Positions 17,391 through 27,281 of a DNA stretch of 64,000 nucleotides are shown one piece after another. A model generated the notes under the pieces. That model did not search any database. It worked only from the letters and a program-made list of their open reading frames with translations, and was not told the DNA's origin. The translations under genes and the position numbers were made by a program. Origin of the DNA: a virus; the IMG/VR virus record IMGVR_UViG_3300048997_000225, positions 1-64,000 of that record; one strand, given 5' to 3'. Every line of letters starts with the position of its first letter. The stretch's first letter is position 1.

Positions 17391-18730
17391 TGATGTCTAA
17401 GCAAATAATTAAATTACACAATAAATTGGCTCGATTTAAGGCTTCCGTTGATAAAAGAGCCGGTGCACTTGGTGATTTATTTGTTGAACCATCATTCAAA
17501 ATGGAGTATATTAATACTGGTAGCACAGTGCTCAATATGCTAATCGGCGGCTCTCGTTTGCCTGACGGAAATTTTGTGTGTCCCGGATATCCACGAGGTC
17601 GTATTTCTGAAGTATATGGACGGGAGAGCTCCGGAAAATCCACGCTAGCTTTGTCAGGAATGGCACAGGCCATTTTTAATGGAGGCAAAAATGATGGATG
17701 TGGATTCTATGTGGACTTGGAATGTGCAGTTGTAGATAAATATTCGATGTCCCTAGGAGTGGACTTTCGACCTGTTACTCAAAATGGATCTGGTCAGGCG
17801 CTCCGAGCTCAACCCCGGACTTTCGAAGAAGCCGAAGCTCTAGTAACTAATGCTGCACTTAACGGAGTGGATTTCATTGTTATTGACTCTGTTGCAGGTT
17901 TAATTTCCACTCGCGAAGTTAAACGCGATACTGTCGATGTCAAACAGAAACAAGGTGTAGCGGAAATTCCGAGACTCATGTCCAATTGGCTACCCAAGCT
18001 CCAGAATATTATTTCTAGGACTGGTAGTCATGTTATGTTCCTTAATCAAACACGCGATAAAATCGGGGCAATGGGTTACACCGAGGAAGCTTTAAAAAGC
18101 ACGACAGGTGGTAATGCCCTCAAATTCTGGGCTTCAATCAGATTGTTGCTCAAACCTAAAATGTCCACCAAAGCTAAACGTTATAATCCGATAATCAAGG
18201 CTTATGAAGAAGTACAAATAGCCACTGATATCGAAGTCAAGATGATTAAGAATAAGGTGGATGCCAAACAAGGGCATTCAGGGCTTATTACTATTCGTTA
18301 TGGAGTTGGTATTGATGAACTCCGAACTTTACTTAATGTCGCCGAAGCATATAATATTGCTAGACTTACTAAAAATGCGAAAAAGCAAGAAGTTTGGCAA
18401 TTCAAATCACAAAAGTCTGGCAAATTGATAGAGCAAGTCGGCATTGAAAAGTTTCGGCTTGCTCTAAAACAAATGGACGACGGAGCATTGTTGCAAGAAC
18501 TATCAGAACTTTGTATGAATAAAATCGTCGAAGGTTACGAACTTATCAGTGATGAAGAACTTGCTTCATTGGCTGAAGGAGCGGTCAGTAAGCGGAATGA
18601 TGATGACGATGATTATGAAGCGTCCGATGCTCCTGTCGTTGAAATAGATGAGCAGACTGATACTGACGACGCGGAATTACCAGATCCGGTCGGTGCTACG
18701 TCTGCGATGGAACTGTTGGACTCACCTTAA
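17390..18730 (+). CDS. recA: RecA/UvsX-family recombinase with acidic C-tail
   Basis: 'GYPRGRISEVYGRESSGKSTL', 'FIVIDSVAGL', 'FLNQTRDKIG', 'TTGGNALKFWASIRL', 'KNKV'. Confidence 0.95.
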   Translation: MMSKQIIKLHNKLARFKASVDKRAGALGDLFVEPSFKMEYINTGSTVLNMLIGGSRLPDGNFVCPGYPRGRISEVYGRESSGKSTLALSGMAQAIFNGGKNDGCGFYVDLECAVVDKYSMSLGVDFRPVTQNGSGQALRAQPRTFEEAEALVTNAALNGVDFIVIDSVAGLISTREVKRDTVDVKQKQGVAEIPRLMSNWLPKLQNIISRTGSHVMFLNQTRDKIGAMGYTEEALKSTTGGNALKFWASIRLLLKPKMSTKAKRYNPIIKAYEEVQIATDIEVKMIKNKVDAKQGHSGLITIRYGVGIDELRTLLNVAEAYNIARLTKNAKKQEVWQFKSQKSGKLIEQVGIEKFRLALKQMDDGALLQELSELCMNKIVEGYELISDEELASLAEGAVSKRNDDDDDYEASDAPVVEIDEQTDTDDAELPDPVGATSAMELLDSP

Positions 18731-18749
18731 TTCAAGCGTATTTTCTTAT

Positions 18750-19187
18750 ATGAATACTGAACAAGTTGTAGCTGAACGCCAACAACACAATAAATGCAGC
18801 ATCGGAGTCTATTGTTCAGAGCATAGCTTCATACCCATGAATGAAGCGGAAGAACTCCGGGATAAACTAGAAGTGGCGATCGACGGAGATCATCGGAATA
18901 TTAAAGAATTTCGAGACGCTTTGCGTACGTTATTAGAACAAGTGGATGCAAGAGATTCTTGTGCATATTTATCAGCTAATCGAGCGGCTAACGCTGAAGA
19001 TATACGAGCTCAAGGCTGGTCAGTAGCAGTACATAATGATTATAAGATAGACGGTGTTTCGCATACTTTTTGGCTATTTACCAAAAATGGACAAGCGATA
19101 AAAGGTGAGGGGCGAACCGACGCCGACGCATTATATGAAGTTCGGAAACTAATATCTAAAGGACCTATAAATGTCAGTCAAACGTGA
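18750..19187 (+). CDS. hypothetical protein
   Basis: In-frame ATG 18750 just after recA preferred to the ORF-track start. Confidence 0.6.
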   Translation: MNTEQVVAERQQHNKCSIGVYCSEHSFIPMNEAEELRDKLEVAIDGDHRNIKEFRDALRTLLEQVDARDSCAYLSANRAANAEDIRAQGWSVAVHNDYKIDGVSHTFWLFTKNGQAIKGEGRTDADALYEVRKLISKGPINVSQT

Positions 19188-20496
19188 GCTTTCACCTATT
19201 TCAGTCCAAATCACTAACTTTCAAAGTATCGGGAATCTCCAATTCGCTATTGAAGGTTTCACTTGTATCAAAGGCTCGACCAATCTTGGTAAGAGCGCAA
19301 TCATGCGAGCCATCGCAGGAGCGCTTCTTAACAAATCAGTTGTTGGATTGGTTCGGAAAGGTGAAAAATTTAGCACAGTTGATCTACAGTCCAGAACTTG
19401 GGGAATTAAATGGGAAAAGGGAGAAAAGGGTATAAACCGCTATTGGCTCCCTGGCGAAGATAAACCTAAAGATAAATTAGGTCAGGGTCAATCTGATATT
19501 ACGGTGCAGTTAGGATTCGGATCAGTCAAAATTGGAAAAGATGATTTATATCCATGGTATGCAGACCAGTTCCACCCGGTTTTTTTGCTTGATCAAACAG
19601 GACCATCGGTTACAGACTTCATATCTGAAGTCTCTCATTTAGAATTTTATCAAGATGCAATACTTATTAACGTAAGGAATCGATCTCGATTCCTACAAGA
19701 ATCTGGATTAAAAGAAGCTACCACCGTCCAATTACGGGAAGCAATATTGCATTTTGATCCTCTGGATAATATTTTAACAATCGAGAAAGAATTAATTGAT
19801 CAGTTAGATTCCATCAATAAATATCAAGATAAATTGATACTTGCAGAATCTTTATATAACAATCTAAATAACGAAGCAAGAGCTATTGAAAGATTCTTCT
19901 CTGTTAAAGATGTGAAGGTTCCGAATGATGATTTTGTGGAACCACTACATCGATTAACAATCGCTTGGAATTTGTCACAAATTTGTGATAGTATTGCAAA
20001 ATCGATTTTAACAATACGTGAAGTTAGTAATTTATCAATCCCCAATGATGTTATTGCTAACGATTTACAAAGATTGAACACTGCAGCACAATTCCTTGTG
20101 ATAGAAACATTACAAAATAATATTAATCATATTGATGTTATTCACGGAGTTCAGATTCCGAATCCAATACTCAATCAAGAATTAGAAGAAATCATGCGAC
20201 TCCATCAATTAGCGTCGAATTTGGAGACAGCATTAGCTTCTTATCATGACCTTGGAACTGAATTGCCTGAGATTCCAGATAATGATATTGACATTGCTAC
20301 AATCCAGTTAATGTCGGAAATATTAACTGGAGTCGAAAGTTGTGAATCTGATATTCAGCAATTTGAATCACAATTAATTATCATGGATTCTTCCATTAAA
20401 GATGTTGAATCTGAAATCGGAAAAATCCCGATTTGTCCAACTTGCCGTCAAGTTATCACTCCTCCAGTAGTCCATCAAACACATATCAATTCATAA
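19171..20496 (+). CDS. SbcC/Rad50-like ATPase, N-terminal half only
   Basis: 'ITNFQS', Walker A 'GSTNLGKSAIMRAI', Q-loop 'ADQF', coiled coil, Zn-hook 'CPTC' at the very C-terminus; no signature or Walker B. Confidence 0.8.
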   Translation: MSVKRELSPISVQITNFQSIGNLQFAIEGFTCIKGSTNLGKSAIMRAIAGALLNKSVVGLVRKGEKFSTVDLQSRTWGIKWEKGEKGINRYWLPGEDKPKDKLGQGQSDITVQLGFGSVKIGKDDLYPWYADQFHPVFLLDQTGPSVTDFISEVSHLEFYQDAILINVRNRSRFLQESGLKEATTVQLREAILHFDPLDNILTIEKELIDQLDSINKYQDKLILAESLYNNLNNEARAIERFFSVKDVKVPNDDFVEPLHRLTIAWNLSQICDSIAKSILTIREVSNLSIPNDVIANDLQRLNTAAQFLVIETLQNNINHIDVIHGVQIPNPILNQELEEIMRLHQLASNLETALASYHDLGTELPEIPDNDIDIATIQLMSEILTGVESCESDIQQFESQLIIMDSSIKDVESEIGKIPICPTCRQVITPPVVHQTHINS

Positions 20497-20499
20497 GTC

Positions 20500-20874
20500 A
20501 TGCCTCAAGATCAATCTAGTTTATTATTAATAGCAAGACTGAACGGAATCGCATCCGGCGTTCATAATGCCTCAACAGCTGAAATCCAAGCCATGGCTTA
20601 TTTACTCCTGAAGATGCATTATGAACGCGACAAATCATATGTCGCCCAAAAAGAATTCGCAGATGACTATGAACAAATTTGTTTGGAATTACGTGCTCAA
20701 AACACAAAACTTAGTTCAGCTAAGGAAGAAATCAATAGATTAAATACACTTATCGGAGCGCTAGCTTCAGATTGTGAATACTTGGCAGAACATTATCCTA
20801 AATTGGATCAAAATAAGATCAAAACACCGCACGGACAAGTATTATTTAATAATTTATTTCTAGCTTTGGTTTAA
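20500..20874 (+). CDS. coiled-coil hypothetical protein
   Basis: 124-aa ORF. Confidence 0.65.
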   Translation: MPQDQSSLLLIARLNGIASGVHNASTAEIQAMAYLLLKMHYERDKSYVAQKEFADDYEQICLELRAQNTKLSSAKEEINRLNTLIGALASDCEYLAEHYPKLDQNKIKTPHGQVLFNNLFLALV

Positions 20875-21416
20875 ATATCGTTGGCTTCGGGCGGTAAATC
20901 CGTTTTTTTACCGGTCAACACTGGGAACAAATCTGTTATATCATGTATCATCATTGCACCGGGTCCACCACCAGCAAGTATCAATGACTGCAACCATGGG
21001 ATTCCGAGCCCGATATTGGTAGCGATAAAAGCAATTAATCCAACTCCAATGGATATTACCTTTAACCAAGCTTTGCCTTTAACAGTCGTGAAATAACTCT
21101 TCCAAGACCGTAATAATGAAAGAATCCCTTTCAGTACGACTGCAAAAACAGCTGCAAACGCAATAGTCTTTGCAGTCGTTTCTTCATGTTTTTGATCTTC
21201 TTCAACTTTAACTTTTTCTATTGTTTTATCCTCATTTTTAGTAAATTTAGCTGTTACTTGTTTTTGTTCAGCCAGCTTTTGATTGAGATCCAAGATCTGC
21301 TGACATAAATCTTGAGGACCATCGCAGCCTTTAGGTTGAGCAACAACTAATTTGCTCAAAGATCCAAATAATGCTAATACGATTACAATGATCACAAAAT
21401 ATAGTCTATATTTCAT
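20871..21416 (-). CDS. membrane protein (signal/TM, coiled coil, 2-3 TMs; possibly holin-like)
   Basis: Hydropathy pattern. Confidence 0.55.
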   Translation of the reverse strand: MKYRLYFVIIVIVLALFGSLSKLVVAQPKGCDGPQDLCQQILDLNQKLAEQKQVTAKFTKNEDKTIEKVKVEEDQKHEETTAKTIAFAAVFAVVLKGILSLLRSWKSYFTTVKGKAWLKVISIGVGLIAFIATNIGLGIPWLQSLILAGGGPGAMMIHDITDLFPVLTGKKTDLPPEANDI

Positions 21417-21967
21417 GGTGAAATTTCTTTCCTTAATTTTTCAACAGTGGCGCCATACCACTTTTCAATCGATTTCGGAAATGGCCACATCCATAGATAA
21501 TCCGATGATGTGAAGTGCCCAGTTAATTGTTGTTTATATTTAATATCATCTAAAGCTGACATTCCATAAAATTCGGCTCGGGCTCGCATACTTTCTTCGT
21601 ATGCTTCTTTTTCAAATTTAGCTCGAAAATACGCCAAGCCGATTGGGAATATAATGAATAAATATAAAATCGAAAAAATAAACTGGCTATATTTCCGAGC
21701 TTGTCGCATATGAACAAGCTCGTGTCTAATTACTGCGACTCTTTCTAATTCGCTGGAATTATTGTAATTATTTGGAACATAAATAGTATGTCCAATAGTT
21801 GTATAATAATTGTCCATGAATTGAGTATTTTTACCGAACGTCAAAATTTTCAAGAATATTGAAATACTTTTCATGAATAAACTATTGGATTTGGGCCGGA
21901 TTTTGAAATCCGGGAATTCTTGAATTGCTGAATTCAATAGCACATTTAACTGTCGAATGCCATTCAT
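21413..21967 (-). CDS. HExxH zinc metallopeptidase-like membrane protein
   Basis: 'TTIGHTIY', 'RHELVHMRQ', 'FEKEAY'. Confidence 0.7.
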   Translation of the reverse strand: MNGIRQLNVLLNSAIQEFPDFKIRPKSNSLFMKSISIFLKILTFGKNTQFMDNYYTTIGHTIYVPNNYNNSSELERVAVIRHELVHMRQARKYSQFIFSILYLFIIFPIGLAYFRAKFEKEAYEESMRARAEFYGMSALDDIKYKQQLTGHFTSSDYLWMWPFPKSIEKWYGATVEKLRKEISP

Positions 21968-22557
21968 TGTAATACCTCATTCCCCATTCGCCTGAGATCG
22001 TCGATATGGTGAGAGTCCTTCAGCATCAAATCTTCCATCAAAACTCGCAATGCATCTTGCGTTCCTGCTAATTCAATGATTCGACGTTCGGTCTCAATTG
22101 CCTTCAACTCTAGATTGAGCAACACTGTGAAAAATCCAGTCAAATTAGCAGGACAAATTGGAACGTTTAACGTCGCAAGTATTGGGTCCCCACCAAATCC
22201 AATAATTTTCATTGCAATTGCATATGCATGTTCACGTTCATCTTTGGAATGTTCATACCAATGATCAACTAAAGAATCTCTCCAAGGCCCACGCGTTCTA
22301 TCAGAAAAACTCCTGTAAGTAGCATCTTTTTGATATTTTAAAGACAGCAACCCACTGAGTTCAGCAATTATTTGTCCAGAAGGAGCATTTAATATGCCTT
22401 CTGGACTAGATGTTATAGGAACGTCAGATTCGAGCGCTATTACTACTTTCCCAATTTCGATAGCTAATTTGGATTTGCTGGGATGTTGAGCTTTATTTAA
22501 TGCGTTAGCAATTCGTAAAATACGGCCTTGGAGATTGATATTAGAAGCTGACATCAA
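21964..22557 (-). CDS. ferritin/bacterioferritin-like di-iron protein
   Basis: 'EHSKDEREHAYAIAMKIIGFGGDP', 'ELKAIE', 'KDSHHIDDL'. Confidence 0.8.
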   Translation of the reverse strand: MMSASNINLQGRILRIANALNKAQHPSKSKLAIEIGKVVIALESDVPITSSPEGILNAPSGQIIAELSGLLSLKYQKDATYRSFSDRTRGPWRDSLVDHWYEHSKDEREHAYAIAMKIIGFGGDPILATLNVPICPANLTGFFTVLLNLELKAIETERRIIELAGTQDALRVLMEDLMLKDSHHIDDLRRMGNEVLQ

Positions 22558-22609
22558 TCTTATTATTGATTAAAAGTTGTTCCAATAAATAACTGAGTAG
22601 AGTTATATT

Positions 22610-22909
22610 GTGAAGAATATTGATTGGCAATTAATCGGGGATGATGGCCGATTGTTGCTTTTGACAGCAGAAGAAATAATTCTAAATGGACTGTTCTTTA
22701 TGGCAGATTTCCGAGACACTCATGCAGCATATTATAATGTAGTCCATAGATGGTTAGGTGTAGATAATACTGGAGTATGGTTTGGAGAAGGTCCTGCCAC
22801 GTTAATTAATGGCATATGGTACGTTCGTAAAGATTTGGAATTAATAATTAAATATCCGAACCATCAGCCCGATGTCAATCATATATCTTTAGAAATTATA
22901 TTACCGTAA
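22610..22909 (+). CDS. hypothetical protein
   Basis: 99-aa ORF. Confidence 0.6.
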   Translation: MKNIDWQLIGDDGRLLLLTAEEIILNGLFFMADFRDTHAAYYNVVHRWLGVDNTGVWFGEGPATLINGIWYVRKDLELIIKYPNHQPDVNHISLEIILP

Positions 22910-22938
22910 ATCTATATGTTGATATCATAAATCACTTT

Positions 22939-23517
22939 ATGAAAAGCCAAGATTATTTGACGTCCGATCATCCGTCGTTTAAATGTAAAAACGCTTGGTT
23001 TATGTTTGCTTGCAAAAATCCCAACGGTCCAGGTTTTAGTAAATTGCTACTGGTCGAAGCCGAAAATGAATGTGCGGTAGCTGCTATTGAACGCTTGGTT
23101 GCTGTAGATGGTTATGTCAATCCAAGTTGTGAACTGTTGTCAGTCCATAGACAGTGCGTTTCGATTGGTATTCGATCGGATATGGCAGATCAATTGTCAT
23201 ATATCGAATTCATGTCAGACGTCGTAGAATATTCTAGATATAAGAATGATAAGCTAGCCATGGAAGCTTTCCAAAATTCATTGTCTCCGAAAGATAGAGA
23301 ACTGGCTATTGATCGGCTCACACGCAAACCGACGAGTCGATTAGTTCAAACAATGAAACCTCGCTCCAGTTCAATGCAAGAAGCTGAAGCCATATTGATT
23401 GATCTTGGATATAAATCCAATCAAGTGCGCCGTATGATTCAGGAGCTTGATGCGGATACTATGGCGCTTCCATTGGAAGCACTTATTAAGGCAATTCTAC
23501 AAAAACAAGCCGCATGA
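22939..23517 (+). CDS. protein with C-terminal RuvA domain III-like module
   Basis: 'MQEAEAILIDLGYKSNQVRRMIQEL...LEALIKAILQ' matches the RuvA_C pattern EA..AL..LG[YF]...E.LI+.AL; no OB or HhH domains recognisable. Confidence 0.65.
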   Translation: MKSQDYLTSDHPSFKCKNAWFMFACKNPNGPGFSKLLLVEAENECAVAAIERLVAVDGYVNPSCELLSVHRQCVSIGIRSDMADQLSYIEFMSDVVEYSRYKNDKLAMEAFQNSLSPKDRELAIDRLTRKPTSRLVQTMKPRSSSMQEAEAILIDLGYKSNQVRRMIQELDADTMALPLEALIKAILQKQAA

Positions 23518-23777
23518 AGTATCTATCTGGAAAAAACCAAACAACCGATGATATTATGCAGAATTTAACTATTCAAACCGATTCAGTTAATGTGAATCTC
23601 GGAACAGTTAATAATGTTTATCAAGAAATCCCTGGACTAGAGCTCCAGTCAAATCCAACCAAGAGTCCGCATTTTAACGATTCAACGATTCAAATGTTGA
23701 ATATATTGTGTTGGGCAACACTCGTGTTGTTATTCGTCGGATTTTTAGGATTCATTATACTGGCTATTTCAATATAA
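23514..23777 (+). CDS. small protein with C-terminal TM
   Basis: Hydrophobic C-terminus; ATGA coupling. Confidence 0.65.
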   Translation: MKYLSGKNQTTDDIMQNLTIQTDSVNVNLGTVNNVYQEIPGLELQSNPTKSPHFNDSTIQMLNILCWATLVLLFVGFLGFIILAISI

Positions 23778-24193
23778 TGAATATATCCATAGCGTATGGT
23801 CCAGCTACAGGTTTGATTCCGGAGTACAGACCGTATGTTCCTGATAGATTAATTATTCAATCACAACATGGTTATCAAATCATTGGTCGAGACGTGACCA
23901 ACGCGGTAACTATATTATTAGATGATATGAATCAATTATTCCACAAGAATTGGTTCCGGCAGTGTGATATTTCTGGATTCACATTAGGAATACATTGGTT
24001 GTGTATCGAAGAAGACGTTATCCAGTTATTTGAATTGGATAACGAAGCCAAATGGCGTTCGCAACGGGCACAACAGTTATTATTAGATATCAATAACTGC
24101 AAAAACAATCCGTTACGAGCCATCAGTCTTATTCAAGCTTCGTCGGCTATGATAGCCATACCTTTTTCGGAATTAGTGAAGAAACTGGCTTAA
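23777..24193 (+). CDS. hypothetical protein
   Basis: TAATG-coupled start at 23777 preferred. Confidence 0.6.
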   Translation: MNISIAYGPATGLIPEYRPYVPDRLIIQSQHGYQIIGRDVTNAVTILLDDMNQLFHKNWFRQCDISGFTLGIHWLCIEEDVIQLFELDNEAKWRSQRAQQLLLDINNCKNNPLRAISLIQASSAMIAIPFSELVKKLA

Positions 24194-24433
24194 TCCGCAC
24201 ATACCAATATAAATTATACATAATATGGTTGCTAGTATTTGAATCGGTCTTCTAAATTTGGAATCCAATCCGGTTTCCAAGGTCCCGGTTTCTAACATTA
24301 TGGCCAAAATGAATATTGCCTCAATAATTAGGACTGCAATGTTCATGAGTGGTTGTAATCTTCCTCGGACAGGAAGATTAATAATCATTAGACTTATCCA
24401 CATTAAAGCAAATTGCGAAGCCGATGATCTCAC
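24173..24433 (-). CDS. small hydrophobic protein
   Basis: GTGA overlap with 24430..24678; TM-like segments. Confidence 0.45.
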   Translation of the reverse strand: MRSSASQFALMWISLMIINLPVRGRLQPLMNIAVLIIEAIFILAIMLETGTLETGLDSKFRRPIQILATILCIIYIGMCGLSQFLH

Positions 24434-24678
24434 GCAACGGCACCAAATTTTTCTATGAATTTTTGTTTTGCAAACGCTGTTTTGAGCGCTTCATAACACA
24501 TGCGTTTGAAATCAGGATCTTGGATTATCATTTGAATCCAAGCTCCACATTTCTCCCCATAGATAGAAATGCATTTAGAACATGCCATATTGGTTAGGGC
24601 TTGATGAGCTTGACATGAAATACATTTCCCTATAGTAACTACATTATTCATGTAAAGTAATACTTGAACATAATTCAT
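24430..24678 (-). CDS. small Zn-finger-like protein
   Basis: CISC...CSKC. Confidence 0.6.
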   Translation of the reverse strand: MNYVQVLLYMNNVVTIGKCISCQAHQALTNMACSKCISIYGEKCGAWIQMIIQDPDFKRMCYEALKTAFAKQKFIEKFGAVA

Positions 24679-24707
24679 ATTTACACATTTTATTCTGGTG
24701 TCTTAAT

Positions 24708-24932
24708 ATGAGTGACGATAATCGTACTCATTTTTATTCTATCGAATATATTGATGAAGAAGGTGATATCTGCATAAAACATGACTTGTTGACTCAAAGA
24801 CAAGTTGAAATGTTGATAAATACACTAGCTAGTAACGGCATATCTGCCACGTGTTATCGACTTAGTGGTCATATGGGTGTGATATCAGATGTAAATTCCT
24901 TAGAGAAATTGCTCGAATCTGAGCTCTTCTAA
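24708..24932 (+). CDS. hypothetical protein
   Basis: 74-aa ORF. Confidence 0.6.
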   Translation: MSDDNRTHFYSIEYIDEEGDICIKHDLLTQRQVEMLINTLASNGISATCYRLSGHMGVISDVNSLEKLLESELF

Positions 24933-24940
24933 GGATAAAT

Positions 24941-25603
24941 ATGACTAACTGGAACGATTTGATTTCCGTATCAAGCGGAGATATTCGAAGACTATCTCAT
25001 ACAATCCGCTTCAGCAGTATTCCCGTAACATATTCTGAATCTACTGCGGAACATACATTCTGGGTTGCATTGTATGCAGTTCTCATCCATAATAATTTGC
25101 AACAGAAACCAGACGGAATCCTGCCGTCATTACTTATTCATGCTCTGACGCATGATGCTCCTGAATGCGTCACGGGGGATGTGGTTCGGACTTTTAAATA
25201 TTCCAGTCCAGAACTTAAGAACCAAATTGATGAAGCGGAAAACCGATTAGTAGAAGATTTGTTTCCAATAGCTATCAAAGATTTGTTCAAAATGATTGAA
25301 CAAAATTTGCCGAGTCCAGAATCAGCCAAATATGTAAAAGATGTGGTGAAAGCAGCTGATTGGATGAGTTTATTCCAATTCATGCGCAGAGAAGCTGCAC
25401 GACATAATTTTGAGATTATTCCATATTTCAATGGAATGATAGAAGACTTGGATTCCACGGCAGAATCATTCGCGAATGCATCGGATCCATATAAATTCCA
25501 ATTAATGATATTTTATCAAACGTTGGCCTCTCGAGCTACTCAAATCAGAGCGGATTGTTTTAATAATGCATTCCAATTCAATGAATGGAATCGTAAAGTA
25601 TGA
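24941..25603 (+). CDS. HD-domain 5'-deoxynucleotidase (YfbR-like)
   Basis: 'RF...ESTAEHTFWVA', 'ALTHDAPECVTGDV', 'VKAADW'. Confidence 0.9.
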   Translation: MTNWNDLISVSSGDIRRLSHTIRFSSIPVTYSESTAEHTFWVALYAVLIHNNLQQKPDGILPSLLIHALTHDAPECVTGDVVRTFKYSSPELKNQIDEAENRLVEDLFPIAIKDLFKMIEQNLPSPESAKYVKDVVKAADWMSLFQFMRREAARHNFEIIPYFNGMIEDLDSTAESFANASDPYKFQLMIFYQTLASRATQIRADCFNNAFQFNEWNRKV

Positions 25604-25832
25604 TATGCGTGAAACTAAAAATGAAATCCGAGCAAGAATTGATGAACTCAAGACTTTGCGTGATTCAATAATTAAAAATCTTGAATCAGAAGCCATCATT
25701 GATGGCTCCGTAGATCCGTTTATGAATTTGCATCTGTTGACTGTTGATATCGGAAAACGCATAAATATTCTTGAGACCAATCTGATTGAAGCCACTGAAG
25801 ATTATATTATCATTTCTCCGGATTATAATTAA
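25600..25832 (+). CDS. hypothetical coiled-coil protein (start approximate; in-frame ATG 25605)
   Basis: ORF downstream of the HD gene. Confidence 0.5.
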
Positions 25833-25834
25833 TA

Positions 25835-26101
25835 ATGTCACAAAATATTAGTCCAGCCACCCGATTGAATAGAGATTCAATCCAATTTTGTCAGTCCATC
25901 ATTAAAGATGCTCTTGAACATATAGATATAAGAGCATTCTTAGAATGCAAGTTACAAGAATTGAATGATCAGGAGCCACTCCTCCATCCAGATATGATAA
26001 AGACCGTGTTGGCGGCTCATCAAGAACTGTGTCAAATCAAAGATATTAATGCACTTAAATTTATAGGATCAGATTCTTTCAACTTAACTAATATGTCGTA
26101 A
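25835..26101 (+). CDS. small helical protein, paralog of the N-domain of the adjacent MazG protein
   Basis: 'SIQFCQSIIKDAL...PDMIKTVLAAHQELC'. Confidence 0.7.
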   Translation: MSQNISPATRLNRDSIQFCQSIIKDALEHIDIRAFLECKLQELNDQEPLLHPDMIKTVLAAHQELCQIKDINALKFIGSDSFNLTNMS

Positions 26102-26119
26102 TCTAATGAAAAATTTATA

Positions 26120-26632
26120 TTGGTTTTTTTCCTCACATATCTAAAGGATAATAAAAAATTGGAACAAACTAAAAATTCAATACAATTTTGTAAGAAATTA
26201 ATCCAAGAGGCTCTCAATTCGGAGAATGTTGAGTTATTCCTTAAAAATAAAGTAGAAGAATTATCAAATTTAGAAGATCAAGCCATCCCTGATATGGTTT
26301 TTTCAGTCTTAGAAGCGCATGAATCTCTATGTGCTGTTAAAAAAATGGGACCGAAAGAAGCATTCGGACATAATCCAGCAGTTTTCTATGGATTAGCTTT
26401 GAATGGAGAGTGCGGGGAATTATCAGGTTCTCTGATTAAAGTTATACGATTGCATGGTACGAGGGATCAAGAAATAGCAGCCGTTCGAGCTGAAATAGCT
26501 GATATATTAATATATGCAATATTACTGGCATGGACTAATGACATTGATCCTAATAAAATAGTCAGTGAAAAATCAAAAATAGTCATAGAAAGAGCGATAT
26601 CTGGATACTATGGTGGAGCTTTACATGAATAA
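26120..26632 (+). CDS. MazG-like NTP pyrophosphohydrolase with N-terminal helical domain
   Basis: 'LNGECGEL', 'RAEIADILIY'; alternative start TTG 26159 has AAGGA SD. Confidence 0.8.
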   Translation: MVFFLTYLKDNKKLEQTKNSIQFCKKLIQEALNSENVELFLKNKVEELSNLEDQAIPDMVFSVLEAHESLCAVKKMGPKEAFGHNPAVFYGLALNGECGELSGSLIKVIRLHGTRDQEIAAVRAEIADILIYAILLAWTNDIDPNKIVSEKSKIVIERAISGYYGGALHE

Positions 26633-26704
26633 TCTGGATTATGTGAACACAATGTTCGGGCTATAGGTAAATACATATCAACAGAAATAAGATCTTAAGA
26701 CATT

Positions 26705-26989
26705 ATGACGCCTGATCATATTAACGCCCTTTTCGAAGCCGGTGGAGCTCTCTTGCTCACAATGAACGTAGTCCAACTTTATCGCGATCGGCGACTTGCT
26801 GGCGTACGGCTTGCGCCAGTGATTTGGTTTCAAGCTTGGGGAGCTTTCAATTTATGGTTTTACTGGCGGGTCGGACTAACCTCAAGCTGGTTCGCTGGTA
26901 TCGCCGTGTTTACAGCAAACACTGTGTGGGTTAGTATGGCGATTTGGTTTTCGCGGAATCGGGAGATACAAAATGAACGACAAGCTTAG
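26705..26989 (+). CDS. 3-TM small membrane protein (PQ-loop/SemiSWEET-like size and topology)
   Basis: Three hydrophobic helices; locally higher GC. Confidence 0.55.
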   Translation: MTPDHINALFEAGGALLLTMNVVQLYRDRRLAGVRLAPVIWFQAWGAFNLWFYWRVGLTSSWFAGIAVFTANTVWVSMAIWFSRNREIQNERQA

Positions 26990-27281
26990 TAAATTGCGTG
27001 AACTGATTGTGCGACTTGGCGATATACATAGTGACCACAACACCAGTCCAGACGATTCGGATATCGGACTCTTTCACGAAGTTCGGGAAACATGGACTGG
27101 CTACCTACCCACTGCTCCACGGCGTGTGCTCCGCTATGCTGGTAATGGGCGTTGGGAAGTCTTCCCTGGGACTAAGACATATACGCTTTGGCGTGAAGAT
27201 GGTGGTAGTGTTCACGATTGGAGAGACGTCTCCGAGTCGCTTCGAGAGCGTGCTTTAATATTGCTCGACTCGCTCCTTTAA
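26973..27281 (+). CDS. hypothetical protein
   Basis: GGGAG SD; 102 aa. Confidence 0.6.
   Translation: MNDKLSKLRELIVRLGDIHSDHNTSPDDSDIGLFHEVRETWTGYLPTAPRRVLRYAGNGRWEVFPGTKTYTLWREDGGSVHDWRDVSESLRERALILLDSLL

Noticed and set aside
26106-26144. Programmed -1 frameshift at the T7 run into the MazG frame
   Set aside because: An in-frame TTG at 26159 with an AAGGA SD explains MazG expression more simply.
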